Positions 1 through 9,996 of a stretch of 64,000 nt of DNA are shown in pieces; the first letter of the stretch is position 1; each line of letters begins with the position of its first letter. A program made the translations under genes and the position numbers. The notes under the pieces were generated by a model that saw only the letters and a program-made list of their open reading frames with translations, was not told the DNA's origin and searched no databases. The stretch spans positions 1,920,001 to 1,984,000 of the forward strand of contig CBDCDZ010000004.1 of the NCBI GenBank assembly GCA_965215565.1, given 5' to 3'. This DNA is from Trueperaceae bacterium. GTDB taxonomy: Bacteria > Deinococcota > Deinococci > Deinococcales > Trueperaceae.

Positions 1-679
1 AGGTGCGGCGGATGGGACCGATGTCAACGCTGTCTAATCTGACATGCCACCTCGACACCTCCGGCTCCAAGAGTGAGCGGTGCAAATTCGTCACCAGGTT
101 GCCAAACTGGTCGGCGTGGATGGTGTCAGCTTCCCAACCCGCCCCATTGCCGACCTCTTTGCGGCGCGGCTCAGTCCAGGAGAGCTGCGTTAAGGTCTCG
201 GGGTAGACCGTGGGTCCAAGCTGCTCGATGTCCATGCCCGCCGCTAAGTGCGCCGCGACAGGCGCGAAGATGTCGCGTCCGTGAAAGGTGGTGCTGATGT
301 CGGTGAGGTGATAGTCGGAGTTCTCTAGTAAGACCGCCGCCGAGACCTCCATGCCGAAGGTCACGCCTGTGAAGAGACCGTTGTCCGGTCCGACGAAGGT
401 GTAAGGACCGCTATCATCTGAAGTGATGTCCAAGGCTATGGCTCGCCTATCACTGCCCACGCCGGGGTCCACCACACAGCAGAAGATGGTCCCGGCTGGG
501 AAGTAGCGGTAGCCCACGAAGAGGTCAAACGCGCCCTCGCGCACGTCGCCGACGGGAATCTGATGGGAGAGGTCGATGATACGTGCCTCCGGTGCAATTC
601 GCGCAATCACCCCTTTCATCATGCCCACGTAAGCGTCGCGCAAGCCGAGGTCGGTGAGGAGGACGATAATAGGTGTCAT
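1..679 (-). CDS. SAM-dependent chlorinase/fluorinase family (DUF62, SAM hydroxide adenosyltransferase); 3' end runs off the window
   Basis: Not in the ORF track. Manual translation from ATG 679 (RBS AAGGAG) gives MTPIIVLLTDLGLRDAYVGMMKGVI...DLSHQI...VVDPGVGSDRR...IHADQFGNLVTN, the hallmark DUF62 motifs. Confidence 0.9.
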   Translation of the reverse strand, partial: MTPIIVLLTDLGLRDAYVGMMKGVIARIAPEARIIDLSHQIPVGDVREGAFDLFVGYRYFPAGTIFCCVVDPGVGSDRRAIALDITSDDSGPYTFVGPDNGLFTGVTFGMEVSAAVLLENSDYHLTDISTTFHGRDIFAPVAAHLAAGMDIEQLGPTVYPETLTQLSWTEPRRKEVGNGAGWEADTIHADQFGNLVTNLHRSLLEPEVSRWHVRLDSVDIGPIRRT

Positions 680-705
680 AGGGTCTCCTTTACAAGAGAT
701 ATAGC

Positions 706-730
706 GGGTCTACCTTTAAGAGGTAGACCC
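706..730. terminator. Stem-loop between the RND gene and the DUF62 gene
   Basis: GGGTCTACCT-ttaag-AGGTAGACCC perfect 10-bp stem with no clear U-tract. Confidence 0.45.
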
Positions 731-739
731 TGTGGTGGG

Positions 740-3700
740 TTACGCCTTGCTCGTTGAGGTCTGCGGTTGCAGCTTGGGCGTCGCGACGGTTGCGTTGTCA
801 GTTTTTGCTTCAGCTTTGCGCTCGCCTGTGCCGCCTGCGCCCTCTTCGTAGTTACGGCGCTCGAGCTGATAGAACGCTGCCGGGACCACGTAGAAGGTGA
901 GAATCGCCGAGGTGACGACGCCGCCTAAGATGACGACACCCAAGGGGAAGCGGAACTCGCCCCCCTCACCGAGCCCTAAGAGCAGCGGTAAGCTGATGAT
1001 GACGATGGTCACGGTCGTCATTAAAATCGGTCGGAATCTGAGGCGACCCGCCTCGACCAGCGCCTCCTTGAGCGATTCGACCCTGCCGCCTTGCTCCTTG
1101 ATCTGTTCCATCAAGACCTCTAAGAGCAAGATGGCGTTCTTGGTGACCAGTCCGACCAGCATGATGACGCCTAAAACGCTGATGATGTCCAGCGAAGCGT
1201 CTAGGGCGAACAGGAGCCACAACGCCCCAATGAGCGCCAGCGGCACGGTGAGGAGCAGGTAGAGCGGGAACTTGAACGAGTTGAACTGTGTGCCGATGAC
1301 GAGGTAGTTCAGCAGCAGCGCCAGCGCGAAGGCGATAGGACCGTAGAGGACCAAGTCGCCCAAGAGGTCGAGCCCGGTTGCCGTACTGACCGTGACCGTA
1401 TTGTCAATTAAGCCTTCGTCCCTCAGCACTGCTTCGATGTTGTTCTGCACGGCGAGCGAGTCGGGGCTGCCAGGGACTAAGTCGGCGGTGAAGTCGAGCG
1501 CGTAGGCGCGGTTAGCGCGGCTGATGACCGAGGGCGCGTCCTGTGTGTCGAAGGAGCCGAATTCGCGTAGCGGTAACTCGCTGTTCAACGCAGGGGCGTA
1601 GATGGGCAGGCTGAGAAGGGACTGCTCGTCGCTCAAAAAGCGTGGATTGAGCGAGACCATGATGGGCGACTCGTCGCCGCCCGAGCGCAAGGTGGCGGCT
1701 TCTTCGCCCACGTTGTAAGTGCGAATCGTCTGGTAGATATTGGCAGGCAGAAGACCCGTTCCGGTGAGGCTCGAGTCGTTGATCTGAAAGACGCGCTCGC
1801 TGACGGTTGCCGCCAAGCTCGACTCGACGTTGCGCAAGTTGGCGTTGTCCTGCAAGATAGCGCGAATCTGCGGCTCGCGTTCGCGCAAGGCGTCCAGGTC
1901 GTTCGAGGAGAGGTTGAGGCTATAGTCGCTGCCCGTGGGTGGACCGCCACCCTCTTCCGTGCCAACGCTCAACTCCGCTTCGGGTGTGTTGGCGAGCACT
2001 TCGCTCAGGCGCTCTTCGTAGACTAGGGCGAGTTCATCCGTGGTCCGCTCGCGCTCGTCGCCGAGGTCAACCGTAAAAGTCGCGCGTTCGGGGCTCGAGC
2101 CCGTTCCCGCCGTAGCGTCGCCTGCGCCCACCGTAAGTTGAACCTGCTCGACCAAGGGGTCGCTGAGGAGGTTGGACTCGAGCTGTGACGCTACGCCGTT
2201 CGTGCGGTCTAAGCTCGTGCCCGTGGGCATCTCGAGCGTGACGGAGAGCGTGCCCGCGTCCGAAGGCGGCGTGAAGTTAAAGCCGATGCGCGGGAAGACG
2301 AAGACCAAGCTGGCGAGCAGGAGCGCGGCGACGCCGAGCACCGCCCAAGCGTAGCCGAGCGTCGCTCTAAGCGAACTCGCGTAGAGGTCGCGAATCCAGG
2401 TCGTCGCCGCGTCGCCCACTTTGTAAGTCGTCAAGAAGATCGCACCCAAGACGTAGAGGGTAAGCCGCCCAAGATAGCGTACCGCGAAGAGGACGACGGG
2501 GAGGAGGAGGGCGAAGAGCGGCATAATGAGGCTGGGTAGGGGTAGGCTCGAGCCCGCAAAGTAGAGTCCGACAGCTAGCGCGACGAGTAGTACCCAGAAC
2601 CAGACGCGCCGCCACAGCGAGAGCGTCCAGCGCAGGTCAGGCATGAACTTCTTGCCTGCTTTGGGTAAGTCGCTCCAGGACGGGGGCAGCGGGTTAGGTA
2701 CGTAAGCCAAGACCATCGTCAAAAAGAACATCGAGGCGAGGTACGAGACTAACACCATCGTCGCCATCGCCAAGCCAAACTGCTGAAAGAAGTCACCAAT
2801 GACGCCGGGTAAAAAGGAGATGGGCAGAAATACCGCTAGAAGCGATAGCGTTGACGCAAGGACCGGCGTACTGACCTCACCCGCCCCTTGAATCACCGCG
2901 TCTTTGTTTGAATAGCCCATGCTTTGAAAGCGGTCGATGTTCTCCGCGACAACAATCGAGTCGTCCACCACCAGTCCAACGGCAACCGTGATGGCGAGCA
3001 GGGTAATCAGGTTGAGGCTAAACCCGAAGAGCCCAAAGATGATAAACGCGCCCGCGATGGAGATGGGAATGGAGAGCACCACGGCAAAGACCGTACCCAA
3101 GCGCCCCACGAAGAACATGATGACCAAACCCACCGCGAGGATGGCGATGCCGGTTTCTAAAAGCGTGTCGTTGACCGTCGCTTCGGTCTCAATCGTGGTG
3201 TCGTTGATGATTTGAGTACTGTAACCCTCGGGAAGTTGCAGCGAGGCGAGACTGTCGCGGACGTTGTGGGCAGTTGAAACTGAGTTGCCCCCGGACGTTT
3301 TGAGGATGTTAAGCAAGATGACGGGCTCGCCGTCCACGCGGGAGTAGGAGCTGGCTTCGGCGGCGGTGTCGCGCACGGCAGCGATGTCCGAGACGCGGAC
3401 GCCCCGCGCCGTATCGACTTGGATGTTTTGAACTGCTTCTAGTGAGTCCGGCGTGTTGCGCCCGCTGAGCGTGATGCGCGAGCCGGAGAACGACAAGCTG
3501 CCGAGCGGCAGGTCGAGCGCCGTGCCCCCAATCGCCTGCGTGACCTGCGAGGTGGTGAGCCCGTACGCCTCCATCTGGTCAGGGTTTAAGAGCACCTGAA
3601 TCTCTTGGTCGTTGGGGCTGGCGATGGACACGTCCGCCACGCCGTCCACGCGCTGCAACTCGGGCTGGACATTGTTCTCGACGTAGCGCTGCGTCTCGCT

Positions 3701-4153
3701 CAGGCTCACGCCCGCCGCTGAGACCGCGATGCTCATGATGGGCTGCTCGTTCGGGTCGAACTTCTGCACGGTGGGGGTCTGCGCGTCGTCCGGTAGCTGC
3801 CCCACGACGGCGTTGACCCGTTGTGACACGTCGATGGCAGCTTGGTCCACGTTGATGCCCGAGTTGAACTCCGCAATCACCGTGCTGAAGCCCTCGCTGC
3901 TCGTTGAGGTGACGTTGCTGATGCCTGCGAGTGTGGCGAGTGACCCCTCGACGGGTTCAGAAACTTGCTCGGCGATCTCTTCGGAGCCCGCCCCCGGATA
4001 GACCGTCGAGACCGCAACGACGGGCACTTCGATTTCAGGGAAGAGGTTGATGCCTAGCCCCACGTAGCTCACGACGCCGAAGAGCACGAGTGCGCCGAAG
4101 ACGCTGATGGAGGCGACGTAGCGGTTGACAAAGACGCTGATGAGGTTCTTCAT
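740..4153 (-). CDS. RND efflux transporter permease (AcrB/AcrD/AcrF family)
   Basis: 1137 aa. N-terminal TM then 'FPEIEVPVVAVSTVYPGA', 'GLVVDDSIVVAENI', 'GLVTKNAILL', 'RFRPILMT' motifs. Confidence 0.95.
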   Translation of the reverse strand: MKNLISVFVNRYVASISVFGALVLFGVVSYVGLGINLFPEIEVPVVAVSTVYPGAGSEEIAEQVSEPVEGSLATLAGISNVTSTSSEGFSTVIAEFNSGINVDQAAIDVSQRVNAVVGQLPDDAQTPTVQKFDPNEQPIMSIAVSAAGVSLSETQRYVENNVQPELQRVDGVADVSIASPNDQEIQVLLNPDQMEAYGLTTSQVTQAIGGTALDLPLGSLSFSGSRITLSGRNTPDSLEAVQNIQVDTARGVRVSDIAAVRDTAAEASSYSRVDGEPVILLNILKTSGGNSVSTAHNVRDSLASLQLPEGYSTQIINDTTIETEATVNDTLLETGIAILAVGLVIMFFVGRLGTVFAVVLSIPISIAGAFIIFGLFGFSLNLITLLAITVAVGLVVDDSIVVAENIDRFQSMGYSNKDAVIQGAGEVSTPVLASTLSLLAVFLPISFLPGVIGDFFQQFGLAMATMVLVSYLASMFFLTMVLAYVPNPLPPSWSDLPKAGKKFMPDLRWTLSLWRRVWFWVLLVALAVGLYFAGSSLPLPSLIMPLFALLLPVVLFAVRYLGRLTLYVLGAIFLTTYKVGDAATTWIRDLYASSLRATLGYAWAVLGVAALLLASLVFVFPRIGFNFTPPSDAGTLSVTLEMPTGTSLDRTNGVASQLESNLLSDPLVEQVQLTVGAGDATAGTGSSPERATFTVDLGDERERTTDELALVYEERLSEVLANTPEAELSVGTEEGGGPPTGSDYSLNLSSNDLDALREREPQIRAILQDNANLRNVESSLAATVSERVFQINDSSLTGTGLLPANIYQTIRTYNVGEEAATLRSGGDESPIMVSLNPRFLSDEQSLLSLPIYAPALNSELPLREFGSFDTQDAPSVISRANRAYALDFTADLVPGSPDSLAVQNNIEAVLRDEGLIDNTVTVSTATGLDLLGDLVLYGPIAFALALLLNYLVIGTQFNSFKFPLYLLLTVPLALIGALWLLFALDASLDIISVLGVIMLVGLVTKNAILLLEVLMEQIKEQGGRVESLKEALVEAGRLRFRPILMTTVTIVIISLPLLLGLGEGGEFRFPLGVVILGGVVTSAILTFYVVPAAFYQLERRNYEEGAGGTGERKAEAKTDNATVATPKLQPQTSTSKA

Positions 4154-4440
4154 GGCTTAGGCTCCTAGTTTCTTATGCGGGCACTTAACAAGAAGTGTCC
4201 GCGTGCGGCTTGCTGAAGTTGGGTTCACGGTTCGGCTCCTTTTGAACAGATATAGGTTCACAACGCCCAGTATGGCGAGCGTTCTGTAAGAACCTTTTTA
4301 GTGAGTTGTAAGATTTGATTAAGAGAGCTAAATAGTTGTGTGAGGGAACGTGGTTTCGCCCGAACGAGCTACGTCGCACTCAAATAGAGGTTGGGCTCAA
4401 CCTGCTGAACCCAACCTCCGAATGTGCGTATGCGAAAGGT

Positions 4441-5721
4441 TTAGCCTTCGCCACTAATGACGCTGACAGGTGCGCCGTCTCTCAGGTCGGCGGGCAGCGG
4501 AAAGACGACCTGTATGCCGGGCTCAACGCCGTTGACTACGACGTCGCCACCCGCTTCACCGACCACGCTCACCGTTTGCTGCCGCGCCACGCCGTCTTGC
4601 ACCGCGAGCACCGCGCTCTGTCCACCCGAGGTGCGCACTGCACCCGAGGGCAGCTTGACCCCTTCGGCTAAGGTGATAGTGTAGCTGAGCTGCGCGACTG
4701 TCCCAACCGGGATACTCGTTTCAGAGGGATAGACTCGAGCCGTGATATTCACCAAGCGCGACTCACCGGGAACCTGCGAGGAGCGAATCACCTGCGCGGC
4801 GTAGTCGAGCCCGTTGTAGTCAATGTAGACGAGACCTTGCCCAACTAAAGGTGCGGCGTCCTGTGGCGGCACGGAGAACTTGGCAAGTTGCTCTTCGGTG
4901 CTGACCAATCTAAATGCTGGACTACCCGAGCCGATAAATTCACCTTGCTCGACTAAGACCTCAGCAACTTCGCCTGTGAAGGGCGCGGTGATGTCGGCGT
5001 CGTTGAGTGAGCGCTGGGCTTGCTCGAGCTGATTCTGCGCTTGTCGCACCTGGAGGCGTTGCAACTCGAGGCTTTCGCTCGGCGCACGCTGATTCTGCGC
5101 CAAGCTGTTCTGCGCTTGCTGATACGCCGACTGCGACTGCTGAAGCTGCGCCCGGTACTGCGTGAGTTGGGTGCGCGAGATGCCGCCCGAGTCGTAAATC
5201 TGCTGCCCTTCGTCGTACTGCTGCTGGGCGAGTTCTAGGTCAACTTCGGCAGCTTGCAGCGCGGCTTGCGCCCCTTGTGTGCCCTCTTGGGTCGAGTTTT
5301 GGGCACTCTGTAAGTTGACACGTGCGGTTTGCAAAGCGGTGCGGGCGTTGTCCACTTGAAGCTGCAAATCTTCGGCGTCTAAGCGGATAACCGTGTCGCC
5401 CTGCTGCACTTGGGCTCCCTCACGCGCCACGATGCTCGAGACCTGACCCGACGTACCCGCCGCGATTTGGCTCTCCTGACCGGGCTCGATATTGACGGAT
5501 GTGCTCCTTTGGGTGGTGAGTTCTCCCTGTTCGGCTTTGAGCGTGCGGACGCGCCTATTGTTTTGAGATTGGGATGACTGGGCGCTTTGAGATTGAGCCT
5601 GACTCTGAGCTTGCTGTTGCTGGCTCTGGCTTTCTTGTCCCTGAGAGGTGCACGCGGCTAACGTGACGACGAAAAGAGCGGTCAGGAGTAGCATAAGGGC
5701 GCGTTTAACGTTACTGGTCAC
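4441..5721 (-). CDS. RND periplasmic adaptor (membrane fusion protein), probable lipoprotein
   Basis: Start re-called at GTG 5721 behind AGGAGG. Lipobox LAAC, Q-rich linker, lipoyl halves flanking an alpha-hairpin ('ITAPFTGEV'). Confidence 0.9.
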   Translation of the reverse strand: MTSNVKRALMLLLTALFVVTLAACTSQGQESQSQQQQAQSQAQSQSAQSSQSQNNRRVRTLKAEQGELTTQRSTSVNIEPGQESQIAAGTSGQVSSIVAREGAQVQQGDTVIRLDAEDLQLQVDNARTALQTARVNLQSAQNSTQEGTQGAQAALQAAEVDLELAQQQYDEGQQIYDSGGISRTQLTQYRAQLQQSQSAYQQAQNSLAQNQRAPSESLELQRLQVRQAQNQLEQAQRSLNDADITAPFTGEVAEVLVEQGEFIGSGSPAFRLVSTEEQLAKFSVPPQDAAPLVGQGLVYIDYNGLDYAAQVIRSSQVPGESRLVNITARVYPSETSIPVGTVAQLSYTITLAEGVKLPSGAVRTSGGQSAVLAVQDGVARQQTVSVVGEAGGDVVVNGVEPGIQVVFPLPADLRDGAPVSVISGEG

Positions 5722-6898
5722 GGCTGTCCTCCTGAGAAATTGCGGCACCGTCGGCTCCGTCTGCGGTTGCGTTTGTCTGGGTGTTTTCACCTGCATCACG
5801 TCCTTTTTGGGAAGAGGTTTGTGCCCTCACAGTGTCGTTAGGGCGCGTCGGCTGCACAATCTCGCTAGGGAGCGGCGCGTCGAGCGTGTCGGGTCCTGCT
5901 AGATTTACCAATGTTCCTGACTGAAGCTCTAAGAGAGAGGTCAGGTAGCTGTAGCGGGCTTGAAGTGCGGAGAGTTCAGCTTGCAGGTTAGAAAGCTCCG
6001 CTTGGCTCAGTTCGATTTGAGAGATGAGCCCGCCTTCAAAGCGTTGCTGCTGGGTTTGGAGGCGTTCGTTGGCATTTTGAAGGGCTTCTTGCTGGGTCTG
6101 GTAGGTCTCCTGGGCGCTCGAGGCGCTATTGAAGAGGTTCCGCGCCTGGATGCGGAAGCCGCGCGTGGTCTCCTGTAACCCTTTTTGGGCGTTAGTGAGT
6201 CCTGTATCGGCACTATCTATCTGCGACTGTGACGCATATGAGGGCGCGAGCACCTCTGTGTTGAGTTGCGCCAAAGCGAGTTGCTGCTCGGCTTGAATGA
6301 CGGTGGGGTGTTCGGCGGCGGCGTCGAGCACGGTCTTTAGCTCAGGAATCTGCACGAGGTAGTCGTCCGGTACGCTTTCTAAGTCCTCGGCGGCAAGCTC
6401 TTGATTCAAGATGCTCTCCAAGTTGCTCAGTGCGACGTTGAGGTTGTCCTGGGCTGAACGTAGGCCGTTCTTCGCCTCATTGAGAGCGGTACGTGCCTCT
6501 TCTAAATCGAGCCTCGTACCGCTGCCGTTGTCCACGCGAATTTGGGCAATCTCCAGCGACTTCTCGCTGACCGAAACGCTCTTTTGAGACACCTGGACGC
6601 CGACGCGGGCTTGCAGCACGTTCGTGTACGCCGTTTCAATCTCGCCTAGAGCCTGGTAGTACGCTTGGGTGAAGCTGACCTTAGCGAGGGCTAAGCGCTG
6701 CTCCGCTTGGAGGGTGTCGCTTCTCACCGCTAAGGGGTCGCCCTGGACGCGCTCCAAATTCATGGCGGCGTCGCGCAATTCGATGCGGGCGGTAGAGACT
6801 CCTGTGCGCGTCGGCGCAGCCTGAAGTGCCTCTTCCAGGGTGAGCGCCTGCGCGAAGGGCAGCACGAGGGCGAAGAAGAGGGGGATAAGGCGGATCAT
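5711..6898 (-). CDS. TolC-family outer membrane efflux protein
   Basis: Signal peptide, 'LTLEEALQAA', two OEP-like helical repeats ('RFEGGLISQIEL'), position in the RND operon. Confidence 0.8.
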   Translation of the reverse strand: MIRLIPLFFALVLPFAQALTLEEALQAAPTRTGVSTARIELRDAAMNLERVQGDPLAVRSDTLQAEQRLALAKVSFTQAYYQALGEIETAYTNVLQARVGVQVSQKSVSVSEKSLEIAQIRVDNGSGTRLDLEEARTALNEAKNGLRSAQDNLNVALSNLESILNQELAAEDLESVPDDYLVQIPELKTVLDAAAEHPTVIQAEQQLALAQLNTEVLAPSYASQSQIDSADTGLTNAQKGLQETTRGFRIQARNLFNSASSAQETYQTQQEALQNANERLQTQQQRFEGGLISQIELSQAELSNLQAELSALQARYSYLTSLLELQSGTLVNLAGPDTLDAPLPSEIVQPTRPNDTVRAQTSSQKGRDAGENTQTNATADGADGAAISQEDSRDQ

Positions 6899-8715
6899 GG
6901 TAAGACCTCCGAAGGGGGTAAAGCGTAGAATTCGTACGTGTCGAGCAGGGCTTGTAGGGCGCTGAGCCGCGCTTGGCGCAGCTCTAAGTCTTCTTCTAAG
7001 AGGTCCACCAGAGACTGCTGCACCTCTAAGGGCGTGATGAGCCCCAACTCCTGGCGCTGCTGGTTCTCCTCGAACGCCCTTTGCGCGTTGTCGAACTGAA
7101 TCTGCTCGAGTGCCACCGTGCGCTCAGCTTGGTTGAGGGCGTTCTCGAGCGAGGCGTTTTGCAGCTCCGCACCTTCTTGGCTCGCCTCGAGACCCGCCCT
7201 AGCTGCCTCCCGCTGGCTCTCGGCGGCGTCGATCTGGTTGAAGACGCCGAACGAGATGCTGGCGGAGACGCCGACTTGAAAGCCGCTGTTGATGGCACTT
7301 TCAGGAAAGGAACGCTCCGGGTCTTGATAGCTGTAGCCGATGCTCGGTTGCAGCGTGCGCGACTCGATGGAGGCACTTAAAGAACTGCTGTCGTCCAGAT
7401 TGTAGCTGTAGCTCGCGTTCGCTGTGGGGTAGAGGTCGCGCCTGGCGCTGCCTACCCCGATGGCGGCTTGGGCTAGAGAAATCTGCGAACGCTGCACGGA
7501 GAGAGGTGAGCCCTCATTGACACGGGGCAGCGCGAGGAACGCGCCGATATTCTCAGCCGCGCTACTCTCTAAGACGCTGATTAGGTCTTCTAAGTCCAGA
7601 TTGCGCAGGCTCAACCGAGCTAAGTCAAGGTCCGCTTGTGCGTTCTGTAGAGCGTTCTGCGCTTGCTGAAAGTTCGCCTCAGCGTCACGCAGTTCGCGCT
7701 CGTTCGCTGCACCTCTATCAAAGCGCTCTTGGGTTGCCTCTAAAGCGGAGCGGGCAGCTTCTAAGGTGTTCTGAACCAATTCGACGGACTGCTGCGCGAG
7801 CTGAAACTGTAAAGCAGCTTCTAAGGCTTGGCGCTCCAACCCTGTCACCGACTCGCGAAAATCTAGGACGGCGTTTTCTAACGCCAACTCCTGCTGCTGC
7901 ACCGCGTCGCGGGTGTCGCCGAAGGGGAAGGGGCGAAAGGTGGCGTTGGTGCTGAGTTGGGTCTGGCTGTCGGGTATCTCCCCCTGCCCCGGTTCTTGCT
8001 GCGGGGCCATCACGGGGTCAACGTCGGAGCGGTTATAGGAACCTTGTACCTCTAAAGAGGCGGGGTTGTACGCCGCGCTCAGTTGCGCTTCAGCGGCGCG
8101 AACGGCGGCTTGCGCGGCGATATAGCGCGGGTTGTTCTCCAGGGTGACGAGGAGGGACTCGAGCAGGTTCTGTCTCGCCTGCTGCGCCACCTCTTGCTCA
8201 CGTACTCTTTCTTGCTCGGCTTGTCGCACCGACGCGCGGAGGGTTTCAACTTCAGCTTCTTGCGCGGCTAGGGTTTCCTCTTGCGCCGCAAGCTCGGCTT
8301 CTAACGCCTCAACCTCTTGAATCTGGTCTTGCAACGCGGCTTGCTGTGCTTGAACAGCTTGGCGCTGCAGCTCGAGCGCCTCACGCTGCGCCTCGGACAC
8401 GCCCTCCTGAGCATTCAAGGCGTCTTCTTGCGTCTGTAACGCCGTTTCTTGCGCGGTAAGAGCTGCGAGTTGTTGATCTAACGCCTTACGGCGGCGCTGC
8501 ACTTCGGCTTGCTGCGGCGCTAACGTTTCTCTCGCTTCGGCTAAAACACTTTCGCGAGCGTTCAGCTCGGCGCGTTGGCTTTCTAAAGACTGGCTTTCTG
8601 AAGGCTGCTCCGCTGGTGCGCCACCCGTTTGAGATTCTTGTGCAAAGGACTGAGTAAATGTCAAAGCGAAAAGCAGGGCGCAGAGAAACGTGAATCGGGA
8701 CTTAGGTCGGGTCAT
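6895..8715 (-). CDS. TolC-family protein with a long N-terminal coiled-coil extension
   Basis: Signal peptide, about 150 aa of Q/E/A heptads, then OEP repeats ('RFDRGAANEREL', 'QELGLITPLEV'). ATGA overlaps with both neighbours. Confidence 0.75.
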   Translation of the reverse strand: MTRPKSRFTFLCALLFALTFTQSFAQESQTGGAPAEQPSESQSLESQRAELNARESVLAEARETLAPQQAEVQRRRKALDQQLAALTAQETALQTQEDALNAQEGVSEAQREALELQRQAVQAQQAALQDQIQEVEALEAELAAQEETLAAQEAEVETLRASVRQAEQERVREQEVAQQARQNLLESLLVTLENNPRYIAAQAAVRAAEAQLSAAYNPASLEVQGSYNRSDVDPVMAPQQEPGQGEIPDSQTQLSTNATFRPFPFGDTRDAVQQQELALENAVLDFRESVTGLERQALEAALQFQLAQQSVELVQNTLEAARSALEATQERFDRGAANERELRDAEANFQQAQNALQNAQADLDLARLSLRNLDLEDLISVLESSAAENIGAFLALPRVNEGSPLSVQRSQISLAQAAIGVGSARRDLYPTANASYSYNLDDSSSLSASIESRTLQPSIGYSYQDPERSFPESAINSGFQVGVSASISFGVFNQIDAAESQREAARAGLEASQEGAELQNASLENALNQAERTVALEQIQFDNAQRAFEENQQRQELGLITPLEVQQSLVDLLEEDLELRQARLSALQALLDTYEFYALPPSEVLP

Positions 8716-9176
8716 AAGGTCTCCAGTAAGGTGCGGTGGATGCGGTCTAAGGTGTTGAGGTCGTCCTCGCTGAGCCGCTCGAGCTTCTCGCTTTGCAGCT
8801 CACGCCAGGACGCTTTTAACCTCTCGAGCTGCGCTTCCCCTTGCTGGGTTAGCGAGACACGGGTGCGGCGGTGGTCTTCGCAGTCGAGTTGCCGCGTAAC
8901 GAACCCGCGCTGCTCCAAGCGACGCAAAAGAATCGAGACGACGGGCGCGGAGGTCTCGAGCGCGTCGGCGAGGTCTTTGGGATGGAGCGAGCCATGCGCA
9001 GTGAGGTCTAAGGCGAACGCCTCCAAGGGTTTAAGCTCAGCGGCGGAGAAGACTGCGTCGGCTTCTCGTTTGAAGACCCACAAAAGGCGAAACGAGTCGT
9101 TTTGGAGGCGGGTCTCGAGCCTCTCGCGGGGACTACTGTATTCGTTTGTAGGAATTTCACTCACGGAGTCGTTCAT
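8712..9176 (-). CDS. MarR-family transcriptional regulator
   Basis: wHTH with 'LEQRGFVTRQLDCEDHRRTRVSLT'; first gene of the efflux operon. Confidence 0.9.
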   Translation of the reverse strand: MNDSVSEIPTNEYSSPRERLETRLQNDSFRLLWVFKREADAVFSAAELKPLEAFALDLTAHGSLHPKDLADALETSAPVVSILLRRLEQRGFVTRQLDCEDHRRTRVSLTQQGEAQLERLKASWRELQSEKLERLSEDDLNTLDRIHRTLLETL

Positions 9177-9269
9177 AGCTCCGAGTATGGACGCGAGGTT
9201 ATAAGATTCTTTGAACCAAGCTTAAAGATTTAGAGAAGATCAACCGTTCACCTGTTGTGAACTATTGAC

Positions 9270-9302
9270 AAAAGAAAAGGCTGACCTAGTTCAAGGTCAG
9301 CC
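9270..9302 (-). terminator. Rho-independent terminator after the secreted-protein gene
   Basis: GGCTGACCT/AGGTCAGCC stem followed on the minus strand by TTTTCTTTT. Confidence 0.7.
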
Positions 9303-9334
9303 CGGAGGGAGGAGTATTCAGGAACTATGCGAGG

Positions 9335-9778
9335 TCAGTTGCGCTGAGCGAGTTGCGCTGAGGCGCTAGGGCTAGTCTGCTCGAGCTGCGCTAAGACGCC
9401 GGGGTTCTGCGCTACTTCGTCCAAAAATTCACCCAAAGTTATAGCGTCGTCACGGTCCACGTTGTCGATGTCTAAGTAGATGGAGTTCTTGCTCGAGCCG
9501 CCGTTGAAGGTTTCAACACCAAATGTCTGTCCGCCAATCTCAAAGGTGACGTACTTGACGGTTGCGTCGTCGTCGCCCGTACCGACGAGACGCTCAGCGA
9601 CGGGACCGTCGCCCATCATCGCGGTTGCGAGCACGTCGCCAAACTTAGCGGGGTTTTCGTCGTAGAGGGTGACTTCGGCGAAGTCGCTGGGGTTATTGGA
9701 GGCAAAGCTCTGGGCGCTGGCGAGTCCTCCAAAGAGGACGGCTCCGGTTAGGGCAAGGGTCAGGGTTGCATTTTTCAT
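9335..9778 (-). CDS. Secreted hypothetical protein
   Basis: 147 aa with a Sec signal peptide (ASA|Q) and an AAGGAAG RBS-like site; divergent from the two-component genes. Confidence 0.75.
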   Translation of the reverse strand: MKNATLTLALTGAVLFGGLASAQSFASNNPSDFAEVTLYDENPAKFGDVLATAMMGDGPVAERLVGTGDDDATVKYVTFEIGGQTFGVETFNGGSSKNSIYLDIDNVDRDDAITLGEFLDEVAQNPGVLAQLEQTSPSASAQLAQRN

Positions 9779-9996
9779 CTTGTCTTCCTTTCTCGAAGGC
9801 TTCTGCCGTTCGTATGTCTATAGAATGCACCCCGCGTTTATAGTTTCGTCTTAGGAACTGCAAAGGTTTCATGAAGATTCGATTTGACATCAAGAGAGGT
9901 TGTTTTCTCGTCTTTCACGGCAAAAGGTTGATTTGAAGCTCAAAAGAACGCCGCTGCGTTTATAGAATCTATAAACTTCTAGCCTAATCTCGCTCT

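Noticed and set aside
5722..5799. Long overlap between the MFP and TolC genes
   Set aside because: AGGAGG plus GTG 5721 gives a normal lipoprotein start with a short overlap.
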